Translations under genes and position numbers: made by a program
DNA from: an uncultured Candidatus Poseidoniales archaeon
GTDB taxonomy: Archaea > Thermoplasmatota > Poseidoniia > Poseidoniales > Poseidoniaceae
Assembly: GCA_964637985.1 (NCBI GenBank)
Contig: CAZWXR010000002.1
Location: 1-32,000 of the forward strand
DNA length: 32,000 nucleotides
Reading direction: 5' to 3'
In this document: one piece after another, positions 1 to 8,492 of the stretch
Position numbering within the stretch: position 1 is the first letter of the stretch
Layout of the letters: the number at the start of each line of letters is the position of its first letter
The notes under the pieces: model-generated
The model's database searches: none
What the model was told of the DNA's origin: nothing
What the model saw: the letters and a program-made list of their open reading frames with translations, nothing else

Positions 1-2
1 CA

Positions 3-740
3 TCATTTGATGAGCGAAACAAAAAGGTCGCACGAGACACCATTCAAATCATGAAGCAAGCAGGTCTCGACGTCGGTATCCTCGGTATGCAAGAAGGTTG
101 CAGTGGCGACCCTGCACGAAGAGCCGGGAATGAGTACCTTTTCCAAATGCTCGCAGAAACAAATCTCGCAACATTTGAAGAAATTGGTGTAAAGAAAATA
201 GTTGCCTCTTGTCCTCACTGCTTCCACACATTAGGAAAAGAGTACAAAGAATACGGTGGAGAAGATATTGAGGTCATGCACCATTCACAACTCATTGCTC
301 ATCTTCAATCCTCAGGTGAGTTACCTGCTCCGAAACACGACGAGAGCGTAACATATCACGACCCTTGTTATCTTGGCCGAATTGGAGGAGTCCTTGAAGA
401 ACCGAGAAATGCAATTGGGGGTGTCGACGTTGAAGTCGAACGCCATGGTGAGCAGTCATTCTGTTGTGGAGCAGGAGGTGCTCAGATGTGGATGGAAGAA
501 CATGTGCCTGAAGGCAATGACCGGGTCAACATTATCCGTTCAAAAGAAATTGCAAAGACTGGAGCACAAACAGTTGCAGTCGGCTGTCCTTTTTGTTCAA
601 CCATGGTGACCGATGGCCTCAACGCCATAGGATCTGATATGGAAGTCAAGGATATTGCCGAACTCGTATGGGAGCAACTAAAGGCAAACGATGCAAAGAT
701 GACCGAAGCAAGTGCAAAAAAAGAAACTGCAGAAGCGTGA
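3..740 (+). CDS. (Fe-S)-binding oxidoreductase, C-terminal half with two CCG-type cysteine-rich domains (GlpC/HdrD-like); the 5' end lies outside the window
   Basis: The frame is open from base 3, with no stop before the Met at 51 used by the ORF track. Duplicated Cys motifs are present: CSGDPARRAGNEYLF, CPHCFHTLG, YHDPCYLGR, then CCGAGG and GCPFCSTM. Confidence 0.8.
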   Translation, partial: SFDERNKKVARDTIQIMKQAGLDVGILGMQEGCSGDPARRAGNEYLFQMLAETNLATFEEIGVKKIVASCPHCFHTLGKEYKEYGGEDIEVMHHSQLIAHLQSSGELPAPKHDESVTYHDPCYLGRIGGVLEEPRNAIGGVDVEVERHGEQSFCCGAGGAQMWMEEHVPEGNDRVNIIRSKEIAKTGAQTVAVGCPFCSTMVTDGLNAIGSDMEVKDIAELVWEQLKANDAKMTEASAKKETAEA

Positions 741-746
741 TGGCGA

Positions 747-1700
747 ATGCACCCTCTGTCTGATGAGGACAAAGGCAACCTCATCAATTGGTACAAAGCA
801 AATCATCGAGATTTGCCTTGGAGGATTTCAAAAGACCCTTGGCATGTTCTCCTTTCTGAAATTCTGTTGCAACAAACGCAGATGTCGAGAGGTGTCGTCT
901 ATTGGAAGAAAATTGTCGAACGATTTCCAACGATTGTGGACTTGGCGAATTCAGATGTTGAGGAACTCCTGTTGTTGTGGCAAGGAGCTGGATATTATGC
1001 ACGAGCAAGACGATTGCATGCATGTGCACAGGTCGTGCTTGCTGAACACTCAGGCGTCATCCCATCGAGTTACGATACATTACTCAGTTTGCCAGGCATT
1101 GGGCCATATACCGCTGCGGCTGTAGCGAGTATTGCTTTTGACCAACCTCATGCTTGCGTCGATGGAAATATTCGCAGAGTCATGGCACGGTGGTGCGAAG
1201 ATGAGGAGCCAAGTGAACGAGATGTGCGTGATTGGGCAGAAACCCAACTCTTTTTTGCTGATGCTGGTCTGTGGAATCAAGCATTAATGGAACTGGGTGC
1301 ACTCGTATGCAGTCCAAAGAAACCCACCTGCGATGCTTGTCCGATTTCTTCGAATTGTCGCGGAAAACAAGCGCCTACCAAATATCCGCGTCCGAAGAAG
1401 AGGTTGACGAAACATGTCAAATTGGCTGCAATCATCGAAATCGACGTGCAAGGGCTCCCGCGATTGTACAATCGTCCATCGGATGGCTTATTCGGTGGCT
1501 TGTATGGCCCAAAAATTGTGGAGGGAGATTTTGATCCGGTGCATGCTGATTTTGTAGGCGTCATCCACCATTCACTCTCTCATCGCGAATTCGAAATATC
1601 GGTCTTTACAACGAAGGTTGAGGATGGCGGTAAAATCATTTCTTCCTATCCGTTGTCGAGTATGGATTTGAAAATTCTAGCAAAAGGAGGCGTGGTTTGA
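747..1700 (+). CDS. mutY: A/G-specific adenine DNA glycosylase (MutY family)
   Basis: N-terminal HRDLPWR and LLSEILLQQTQ motifs; WQGAGYYARARRLH; HhH hairpin LPGIGPYTAAAV. The 4Fe-4S loop C-x6-C-x2-C-x5-C reads CSPKKPTCDACPISSNC. An extra C-terminal domain of about 100 aa is typical of MutY rather than EndoIII. ATG at 747, 6 nt after the upstream stop. Confidence 0.88.
   Translation: MHPLSDEDKGNLINWYKANHRDLPWRISKDPWHVLLSEILLQQTQMSRGVVYWKKIVERFPTIVDLANSDVEELLLLWQGAGYYARARRLHACAQVVLAEHSGVIPSSYDTLLSLPGIGPYTAAAVASIAFDQPHACVDGNIRRVMARWCEDEEPSERDVRDWAETQLFFADAGLWNQALMELGALVCSPKKPTCDACPISSNCRGKQAPTKYPRPKKRLTKHVKLAAIIEIDVQGLPRLYNRPSDGLFGGLYGPKIVEGDFDPVHADFVGVIHHSLSHREFEISVFTTKVEDGGKIISSYPLSSMDLKILAKGGVV
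1684..1690 (+). promoter_or_regulatory. Shine-Dalgarno sequence AAGGAGG for the GATase gene, embedded in the 3' end of mutY
   Basis: AAGGAGG lies 9 nt upstream of the ATG at 1700. Similar GGTGA-type motifs precede cysS, trxA, the PBP-like gene and the AcnX gene. Confidence 0.6.
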
Positions 1701-2356
1701 TGCGATTACTTCTTGTTGATTTGCTTGCAGAAAGACACGGATTTGGAAAAGAAGGCGTTCGTAATATTGTCAATGCATTAACTCCTGAAGTGGTGTTTTT
1801 ATGGTCCCCACACACTAATGAGCCACTCGACTACGGTTTCGGAACGCGTGTCGATAAGCCGGTGGACTGTGATATGATTGTCATATCTGGTTCAAGAAAA
1901 AATGTCTCGATGTGGGAAGATTGGATGAATGAAGTTGCCGAACTTATTCGAACATGTGAAGTTCCATTGTACGGCATCTGTTTTGGACATCAGATAATTG
2001 CAGCATCATTGGGGGGGCAAGTCATTCGAGCAGAACAAGCAACTGAATCGGTTTGCCCTGTTGATTTTGCAGACGGAACCCGAACCTTTGGCTTATTTTC
2101 CCATCAAGATCATGTGGTCAACGCAGGTGAAATGATGAATATTGCATCGAGTGAAGAATGCGGTAGCGTCATTCACGTGCATCCAACCCGTCCAATTTAT
2201 TCTGTCCAATTCCACCCCGAAACAGACAGCAGCGTTCTTGATGAGGCTGTGAAGCATGGTGAGATGACGATGGCAGAACGAGAAGGGTATGTGTTTGAAC
2301 ATCAAGTGCTCTCGTTGGATGAATTTTTTTCACCCTCTTCATATCCAAGGGCGTAA
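1700..2356 (+). CDS. Class I glutamine amidotransferase-like protein (stand-alone GATase1 domain)
   Basis: Nucleophile elbow GICFGHQ and His/Glu pair in VQFHPETD. The ATG at 1700 overlaps the mutY stop (TGATG). A strong Shine-Dalgarno (SD) site AAGGAGG lies at 1684-1690. The track start at 1697 is a TTG one codon upstream. Confidence 0.8.
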   Translation: MRLLLVDLLAERHGFGKEGVRNIVNALTPEVVFLWSPHTNEPLDYGFGTRVDKPVDCDMIVISGSRKNVSMWEDWMNEVAELIRTCEVPLYGICFGHQIIAASLGGQVIRAEQATESVCPVDFADGTRTFGLFSHQDHVVNAGEMMNIASSEECGSVIHVHPTRPIYSVQFHPETDSSVLDEAVKHGEMTMAEREGYVFEHQVLSLDEFFSPSSYPRA

Positions 2357-2961
2357 ATTGAGGCGAGCAAACCTCCAACGAGTGCGAATTCAGCTGGTGC
2401 AGCAAGAACAATGTAGTGTTGAATACTGTCCAAATACGCATTCGTTTCAAAATTCGATGTGTACCCCGGCGCAAGAATGAGTGCACCTATCATGGCCATA
2501 CACCCTAAGGTAGAAAGGAGCAGGCCCGTATTGAAGAGATTTGAATCAAGACCGATGGCTGAACCATATACTTTCGTCCAAATGAGGCTAGAGATGAAAC
2601 ATATACCCGCAGCAGCGGTGTGAATTTGTATGTTTGAATGAATGTCATAGATGATGACAAACCACAAACTGATGATGGTTACGATACCTATGGCAGTTGT
2701 AACGAATCGCTGAGGCGTATCCTTTTTTTCCTTGCCTAATCGACGGGTGGAATCAAAAATCATCCATGCCATGGCAATACTAGAGACGACAAATCCTCCT
2801 TTGAAGAACAAGGATGGAATTTGCCCTACATCTGCCTCAGAGATGAAATGAGGGAAGGCTCGATACTGATTTGAAAAGAGGAAGGTGAGACTGGAGAGTA
2901 TGGTGGTTAAAGCAATGCAAAGTGATGTCATATGATAAGGATTAAAACGAATCATTTTCAT
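2302..2961 (-). CDS. Hypothetical integral membrane protein (about 6 predicted TM helices)
   Basis: Uninterrupted 219-aa ORF with alternating hydrophobic stretches. Its ATG overlaps the stop of the upstream reductase gene (ATGA at 2958-2961), implying co-transcription. No family recognised by eye. Confidence 0.6.
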   Translation of the reverse strand: MKMIRFNPYHMTSLCIALTTILSSLTFLFSNQYRAFPHFISEADVGQIPSLFFKGGFVVSSIAMAWMIFDSTRRLGKEKKDTPQRFVTTAIGIVTIISLWFVIIYDIHSNIQIHTAAAGICFISSLIWTKVYGSAIGLDSNLFNTGLLLSTLGCMAMIGALILAPGYTSNFETNAYLDSIQHYIVLAAPAEFALVGGLLASIYALGYEEGEKNSSNEST

Positions 2962-4001
2962 TGAAAACCCTCAACTGTGTCACGAACAGCTGTATCGAAA
3001 TCAATCCATTCCATGCCTAAAACATCCTCCGCTTTTTTGCTCGAATAGTACGCATCTCCTGACCGAAGACTCTTCACGACTTGTCGTGTCAGATACCTAT
3101 TTTGGCCGCGCAGACCATTCAACAAATCAAACAAGACAGCGGCAGGCAACATGAAATTTGGCAACGCCCGTTTCGGAGACTTTGACTTCGGATAAAGTAC
3201 ACGAATTCGTTTGCATAAATGAGCCATATCGAGACTATGATGGGGTGCGAGAATGAATCGACCTTGTGCTTGGTCAACTTCAAATGCTCTTCGATGAGCG
3301 ATGGCTACATCTTTCACATGTACAAACGCCATTGGGAATTTTGGAGCGAGTGGAAATCGGCCATGAAAAGCATCGTCGAAATAGGCGACGCTAGGTGTCG
3401 GGCGTGAGAATCCACCTCCGATAACTGCACTCGGGTTGATGATTCGCAAATCGAGACCAAATTCATTTGCTAACTCCGTCGCAAGTTTCTCGGATTCAGT
3501 CTTTGCTTTGGTGTAAGGAAGTGCATGGTTCTCCTGCCAAAAAGATTCATTTTTTTCTACTCCTTTTGGCATGCTACCGACGGCTGCAACACTCGATGTG
3601 TACACAATCCGTTGGATTCCGCAGGCTTTCGCTGCATTGAACAGGTGGGCTGTACCTTTCATCGCAGTATCGATGATGGTTTCAGCACTGGCATCAATTG
3701 AATAGACCGTTGCAGTATGCAATAAAACATCACAACCAGCCAAAAGATCTTGCCAGGGGTCTGCATCCAGAACATCGCCCTCGACCAACTCCAAACGTTC
3801 TTCGCAACCTACATCGACAGCATGCTGGAGTACATGTTTTGTTCGAGACGGGTCGGATAGGGAGCGAACAGAACCTTTGACTTCGTAGCCGTGTTCGAGT
3901 AAATCTCGAACGATATGGTTCCCAATATGCCCATTTACACCTGTGACAAAAATGCGATTGAAGGTCGGCACAGTTATGTCCAAGGTGCGATATTGTATCA
4001 A
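2958..4001 (-). CDS. NAD(P)-dependent extended-SDR oxidoreductase (epimerase/dehydratase or dihydroflavonol/cinnamoyl-CoA reductase-like)
   Basis: Rossmann motif VTGVNGHIGNHIV near the N-terminus and catalytic YxxxK (YTKAK). The start is uncertain: the track start at 4001 is TTG, with in-frame TTG at 3983 and GTG at 3971 as alternatives. Confidence 0.8.
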   Translation of the reverse strand: MIQYRTLDITVPTFNRIFVTGVNGHIGNHIVRDLLEHGYEVKGSVRSLSDPSRTKHVLQHAVDVGCEERLELVEGDVLDADPWQDLLAGCDVLLHTATVYSIDASAETIIDTAMKGTAHLFNAAKACGIQRIVYTSSVAAVGSMPKGVEKNESFWQENHALPYTKAKTESEKLATELANEFGLDLRIINPSAVIGGGFSRPTPSVAYFDDAFHGRFPLAPKFPMAFVHVKDVAIAHRRAFEVDQAQGRFILAPHHSLDMAHLCKRIRVLYPKSKSPKRALPNFMLPAAVLFDLLNGLRGQNRYLTRQVVKSLRSGDAYYSSKKAEDVLGMEWIDFDTAVRDTVEGFQ

Positions 4002-4039
4002 CCTTCAAGTAGTCAATTTCTCTCGTTCGGGTGAGCGAC

Positions 4040-5521
4040 ATGGCCCTTCACCTGTATGACACGAGACATAGGGAAAAGGTCCCATTCAAGACAATCCATC
4101 CCGGAAAAGTGTCAATGTATGTCTGCGGTGTCACGGTTTACGACCGTTGCCATTTAGGGCACGCTCGTTGTTACATTGCATTTGATGTGATTTACAGGTG
4201 GTTAAAACAATCTGGTTACGATGTGACCTATGTTCAAAATTTTACAGACATCGATGATAAAATCATCAACCGTGCGCAAACCGAGAATCGTGACTGGCGA
4301 GAAATCGTTGACGAAAACATTTCAGCATACTATCAAGATATGGACAGGCTCAATATTCAACGAGCAAATCACTATCCACGTTGCACAGATTATGTTGAAC
4401 ATATGATTGGCATTATCGATGTTCTCATCGACAAAGGTCATGCATATGCGGCCAATGACGGTGTCTATTTCGATGTAGAATCAGCTCCTGACAAATATGG
4501 ACAACTCACAGGTCAATCGATTGAAGCAGTCCGCTCAGGTGCAAGCGGAAGAGTCGAAGACCAAAGCGGAAAGCGTGACCACAAAGATTTCGCCTTATGG
4601 AAAGCTGCAAAACCAGGTGAACCGACATGGGATTCCCCTTGGGGGCTGGGTCGTCCTGGGTGGCACATTGAATGTACAGCCATGTCACTCGACCATTTTC
4701 TCAATGAATTTGACATTCACGGAGGTGGACACGACCTGCGTTTCCCTCATCATGAGGCTGAAATTTTCCAAGGTGAATGTTACACCGACCATGCTCCTGT
4801 TGTTCATCACTGGCTCCACAATGGATTTGTCAACATCGATGGGGAAAAAATGTCAAAATCACTGGGTAATTTTTGGACCATTGATGAAATTTTAACGAAA
4901 ATCGACCCTCTCGTCCTTCGATTTGCACTGATCAATGCACATTATCGCTCACCAATTGACATGAATGAATCTCTCCTCAAAGATGCAGAGCGTAATTACT
5001 CAAAATTGATCGAAATCTTTTCCGCAATGGTCAAGCAATTGGGTGATGCTGAACCGGTCAATCTTCCCCATCCAGATTCTTCTTCCAGTCAACCACTCTC
5101 CAAAGGTTTGGGCATGCTCGAATTGATGGGCGAACAATTCGCGAAGGCGATGGACGATGATTTCAACACACGCGAGGCAATCGCAAAAGTGCTTACTGCA
5201 CTCAGAGAAATGGCGAGAGTGAGCGATAGTGGTCTCGAAGAAAGTGACCACCACGCCTTCGCCCACTACTGTGTCGAATGGCTCGAGGAAACCGCAGGTG
5301 ATGTGTTGGGTCTCTTGCCCACGAGGGAAGAAATTCTTGAATCGAAAGAAGACCCTCGCCGAGTGGAAATTGCTGGCAAAGTAGAATCCCTCTTGGCTCA
5401 GCGAGCCATAGCACGAAGTGCAAAAGATTGGGAAACCGCAGACCTTATCCGGGACCAACTCAACGAACTCGGTGTCATTGTGACCGATACCGCAGAAGGT
5501 CCAGTTTGGGATTTAGTCTGA
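4040..5521 (+). CDS. cysS: Cysteine--tRNA ligase
   Basis: HIGH motif (CHLGHAR), KMSKS motif (KMSKSLGN), WGLGRPGWHIEC, full-length class I architecture. The ATG at 4040 is preceded by GGGTGA (SD-like). The track start at 4031 is a GTG three codons upstream. Confidence 0.93.
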   Translation: MALHLYDTRHREKVPFKTIHPGKVSMYVCGVTVYDRCHLGHARCYIAFDVIYRWLKQSGYDVTYVQNFTDIDDKIINRAQTENRDWREIVDENISAYYQDMDRLNIQRANHYPRCTDYVEHMIGIIDVLIDKGHAYAANDGVYFDVESAPDKYGQLTGQSIEAVRSGASGRVEDQSGKRDHKDFALWKAAKPGEPTWDSPWGLGRPGWHIECTAMSLDHFLNEFDIHGGGHDLRFPHHEAEIFQGECYTDHAPVVHHWLHNGFVNIDGEKMSKSLGNFWTIDEILTKIDPLVLRFALINAHYRSPIDMNESLLKDAERNYSKLIEIFSAMVKQLGDAEPVNLPHPDSSSSQPLSKGLGMLELMGEQFAKAMDDDFNTREAIAKVLTALREMARVSDSGLEESDHHAFAHYCVEWLEETAGDVLGLLPTREEILESKEDPRRVEIAGKVESLLAQRAIARSAKDWETADLIRDQLNELGVIVTDTAEGPVWDLV

Positions 5522-8002
5522 AGGTGGGGGCCCCAGTGGCGGTGGGGGGGGCACAAAGCCTTCCACTTGCTCCTCAAAGAATTCCTCGGCTTCGGTGAGG
5601 TCGACATCCTCTTCTTTCTTCCCTGACGCACTGAAGACATAGAGTGCGACGAGCAAGCCAATCGAAATTGACCAAAATGCAATTTTTACCGATGTGGTTG
5701 ATGATGATTCATCGAGGAGAATTTCATCGTCGTCAAAGACGACTTCAGACTTGTTTGTTGATGAATTGTTTTCGATTTGAGGCTCGGTGCCATCGTTTCC
5801 TTCGACCACTTGACAAGGCGGTAGTGTGCCATCTTCACATCGTTCCTCCTCAATAATTTCAAATGATTCTTCAAGCAGTAACGTTTCATTTCTGTCATAA
5901 TATCTGTCATACAGCAATGAAAGGTTGATTTGTGCATTTGCAGGAATCGAGGAATTTAGAACGTCAAAATATCGTTCGTCACCGTATGTATACCATGGGT
6001 CGAGTCCGACTTCGGTTGTTCCTGATGTAGCCTTTTCAAAATCGGTTGCATCACCAAATGCAGATTGCATTTCAGCAGGGTCGAAACGCATCGCTTTTTC
6101 CAAATCTTCCACGATTGTCGACCATGTTTGTGCCCCGTCTGGAACGGAGATAAATGTCACATCAATCACTTTGTCAAATGCACCAGCGGGTTCATGGTCG
6201 TCACCTTTGAGTTGTGTCATGATATCAAGGTCGCCAAAAAGCGGTAATCCTCCGACAACCGAAAGGCGCACATCAGGGTCAATTGCGTTGATGATATTTC
6301 GATATGGATTTGAATGGATATTGTCGATGACCACCAAATCAGCCGCAGTTCCAGGTGTTAGCGTTCCTACATCGCTTGACCAGCCCGTTGCTGCTGCAGC
6401 GTTTACAGTGACCATTTGTACAAGTTCATAATCCGAGAATACATCTCCCAGAATTTCATCATCCCACAAATCAGCAATTTTCAGTTCATGCAATGTTGAT
6501 TTTGAACCGGAGGGGGCCCAGTCGGGTGCAAGTGCGATACGAACACCTGCTTGTTTTGCTGCAGCGACATCTGCGGTTTGCCCGTACAATAGAAGGTTTG
6601 ATAGTGGTGACCACACAAGTGTCGCTCCAACATTTGCCATTTGTTGGAACTCCACAGATGTGAGTGCAACGCCATGAATCAGGACGAGTTCACCAACGAG
6701 AAGGTTATTGTTCACTAAAATGTCAAACTCAGCTTTACTGCTTGAATCAACACCCTCAGCGATATGAATAAACCAAGCATCGAGGGTGCCTGAAGCATTA
6801 CCATTTTTGATGTGGGAACCCACGTAATCAGAGGTCAGTTCTGTTACTTTTGTGTGGATTTGATCTCTTCCAAAATTCCAGTCTTCGATATTACGTGCAA
6901 GGATTGTTGCATAGGTGTCATCTGGGTTTGACGGACTTCCTTGCGAGGCTGTTGTACCACCCATAATCGCTTTTGCTTCAACATACTTCATTGCTTGAGA
7001 TTCCATGTTCCAATATGGAGCAGAATGCACGAGCGTCTTTGGCTTTGTGACTTGCGAACTATAATCTGGATGATTTTTCCATTCGTATCGGTTGTTGTAT
7101 CCACCCCAAGCATTTCTGTTTTGAATTTGAAGATGCGGTGTCATTTCCCACAGTGGTGCTTGGTTGTAATGGAGATGGTTATGTGTATCAATCAATCCGG
7201 GATAAATTGAGCCATTCGTTTCGACAATAGGTACATTTGTGAGTTCTATTGAATTAGGAATGCTTTCATTCCATACAGCCTCAATCATGCCATTTCGAAC
7301 ATAGATATACCCATGATTGAGGACGGCGGATGAAGATGTCATTGGCACAATTCGACCACCAAGGATGTAAGAACCTTGATGGATATGGTCAGTCAATCCG
7401 TAGCAACCAACCGTCCGGATTGATGTTGGTTGCATTTCATCTGAACCCCAGCCAGGTGTTGGTGGTTTGACCTTCTCGATTGAACCATTTTCCGAAGGAA
7501 CATATGAATAGTCCCACCAAGAATCTCTTGCTGGGTACGACAACATGTCCACAAGGGATCCGTTTGCATCTCGAATCGTTGCAGCGTCATTGTTGTAATA
7601 ATCGAATTCTATTCTTGACTCAGAACGAAAGATGACGAGTCTTTCATTTGGGTCTATGCTTGTGTTCCATGCAATTTTGCACGGTGCAGAACCTTCGTTG
7701 ATAGTGTCGTCGAGTAACCAATTCGATATGTCAACCGGTTCAGAACCAAAATTCCATAGCTCGATGAATTGGTCTGAGGATGAACCTATGTCTCCATCTC
7801 CATTCCAGTCAGTACCATTGAACTCCTCGGATGATGCTGAAACCAATATTTCTGAAATTTGAATCGTGTAGTTTGGTTCGGAAAAGTGCTGTTTTGCATC
7901 CTCTAAACCGATGAATTCACTTTTCATCGTTGTCGAAAAAATCATGAGAACTGCAAAAGCAAGAGCCATACAACGACTGTTCGACATATCCCTGCGTATC
8001 AT
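5513..8002 (-). CDS. Secreted, C-terminally membrane-anchored protein: signal peptide, lamin-tail-like domain (LTD), metal-dependent amidohydrolase (ATZ/TRZ or nucleobase-deaminase-like), acidic linker, TM helix, Pro-rich tail
   Basis: Hydrophobic N-terminus MALAFAVLMIFSTT. LTD-like segment (about 7532-7870) with ISEILV...DQFIELWNFG...VDISNWLL...ATIRDANGSLVDMLSY. Amidohydrolase motifs GLIDTHNHLHYN (HxH), FIHIAEG, LIHGVAL, APDWAPSG. C-terminal TM VKIAFWSISIGLLVALYVFSA (5627-5689), then tail KKEEDVDLTEAEEFFEEQVEGFVPPPPPLGPPPSD. Confidence 0.8.
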   Translation of the reverse strand: MIRRDMSNSRCMALAFAVLMIFSTTMKSEFIGLEDAKQHFSEPNYTIQISEILVSASSEEFNGTDWNGDGDIGSSSDQFIELWNFGSEPVDISNWLLDDTINEGSAPCKIAWNTSIDPNERLVIFRSESRIEFDYYNNDAATIRDANGSLVDMLSYPARDSWWDYSYVPSENGSIEKVKPPTPGWGSDEMQPTSIRTVGCYGLTDHIHQGSYILGGRIVPMTSSSAVLNHGYIYVRNGMIEAVWNESIPNSIELTNVPIVETNGSIYPGLIDTHNHLHYNQAPLWEMTPHLQIQNRNAWGGYNNRYEWKNHPDYSSQVTKPKTLVHSAPYWNMESQAMKYVEAKAIMGGTTASQGSPSNPDDTYATILARNIEDWNFGRDQIHTKVTELTSDYVGSHIKNGNASGTLDAWFIHIAEGVDSSSKAEFDILVNNNLLVGELVLIHGVALTSVEFQQMANVGATLVWSPLSNLLLYGQTADVAAAKQAGVRIALAPDWAPSGSKSTLHELKIADLWDDEILGDVFSDYELVQMVTVNAAAATGWSSDVGTLTPGTAADLVVIDNIHSNPYRNIINAIDPDVRLSVVGGLPLFGDLDIMTQLKGDDHEPAGAFDKVIDVTFISVPDGAQTWSTIVEDLEKAMRFDPAEMQSAFGDATDFEKATSGTTEVGLDPWYTYGDERYFDVLNSSIPANAQINLSLLYDRYYDRNETLLLEESFEIIEEERCEDGTLPPCQVVEGNDGTEPQIENNSSTNKSEVVFDDDEILLDESSSTTSVKIAFWSISIGLLVALYVFSASGKKEEDVDLTEAEEFFEEQVEGFVPPPPPLGPPPSD

Positions 8003-8080
8003 CTTCGGGTCATCAAATCAACGGAGAAATTCTCTGCATCACGAACACGCCTTCAAAAACCCCGGGTGACAGGGAAAGAA

Positions 8081-8452
8081 ATGGCAGTCGTAGAAATATC
8101 CATGGAAAATTTTGAAACCACGATTCATGACAATGACGTGGTCATCCTCGATTTTTGGGCAGAGTGGTGTGGGCCGTGCAAGGCATATGCACCTGTTTTT
8201 GAACGAGTATCCGATGAAGTTCCAGACGTAACATTCGGAAAAATTAACACAGAACTTGAAGTTGAATTATCCGGTATGTTTGGAATTCGAAGCATTCCAA
8301 CAACGGTGGTCTTCAAAGATGGCATAGGCGTCTTCATGCAACCTGGTGCCTTACCTGAAAATGCACTAAAAGACCTTATTGAGAAAGTAAAAGGCCTCGA
8401 CATGGATGATGTACGAGCCGAAATGGAAGCAAATTCCAACAACGAATCTTGA
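8081..8452 (+). CDS. trxA: Thioredoxin
   Basis: Active site WAEWCGPCK and cis-Pro region IRSIPT. Size about 123 aa from the ATG at 8081. The track start at 8066 is GTG. GGGTGA/AGGGA lies upstream. Confidence 0.9.
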   Translation: MAVVEISMENFETTIHDNDVVILDFWAEWCGPCKAYAPVFERVSDEVPDVTFGKINTELEVELSGMFGIRSIPTTVVFKDGIGVFMQPGALPENALKDLIEKVKGLDMDDVRAEMEANSNNES

Positions 8453-8492
8453 AACTTCATGACGATGTCTTGAAGAATATTTGCGTTACCGG

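Noticed and set aside
5523-5551. A G-rich tract GGTGGGGGCCCCAGTGGCGGTGGGGGGGG immediately after the cysS stop, considered as a possible G-quadruplex or GC hairpin terminator.
   Set aside because: It is fully explained as the complement of the proline codons of the PPPPPLGPPPS tail of the convergent amidohydrolase gene. There are only three runs of three or more G, so a canonical three-tetrad G4 is not possible.
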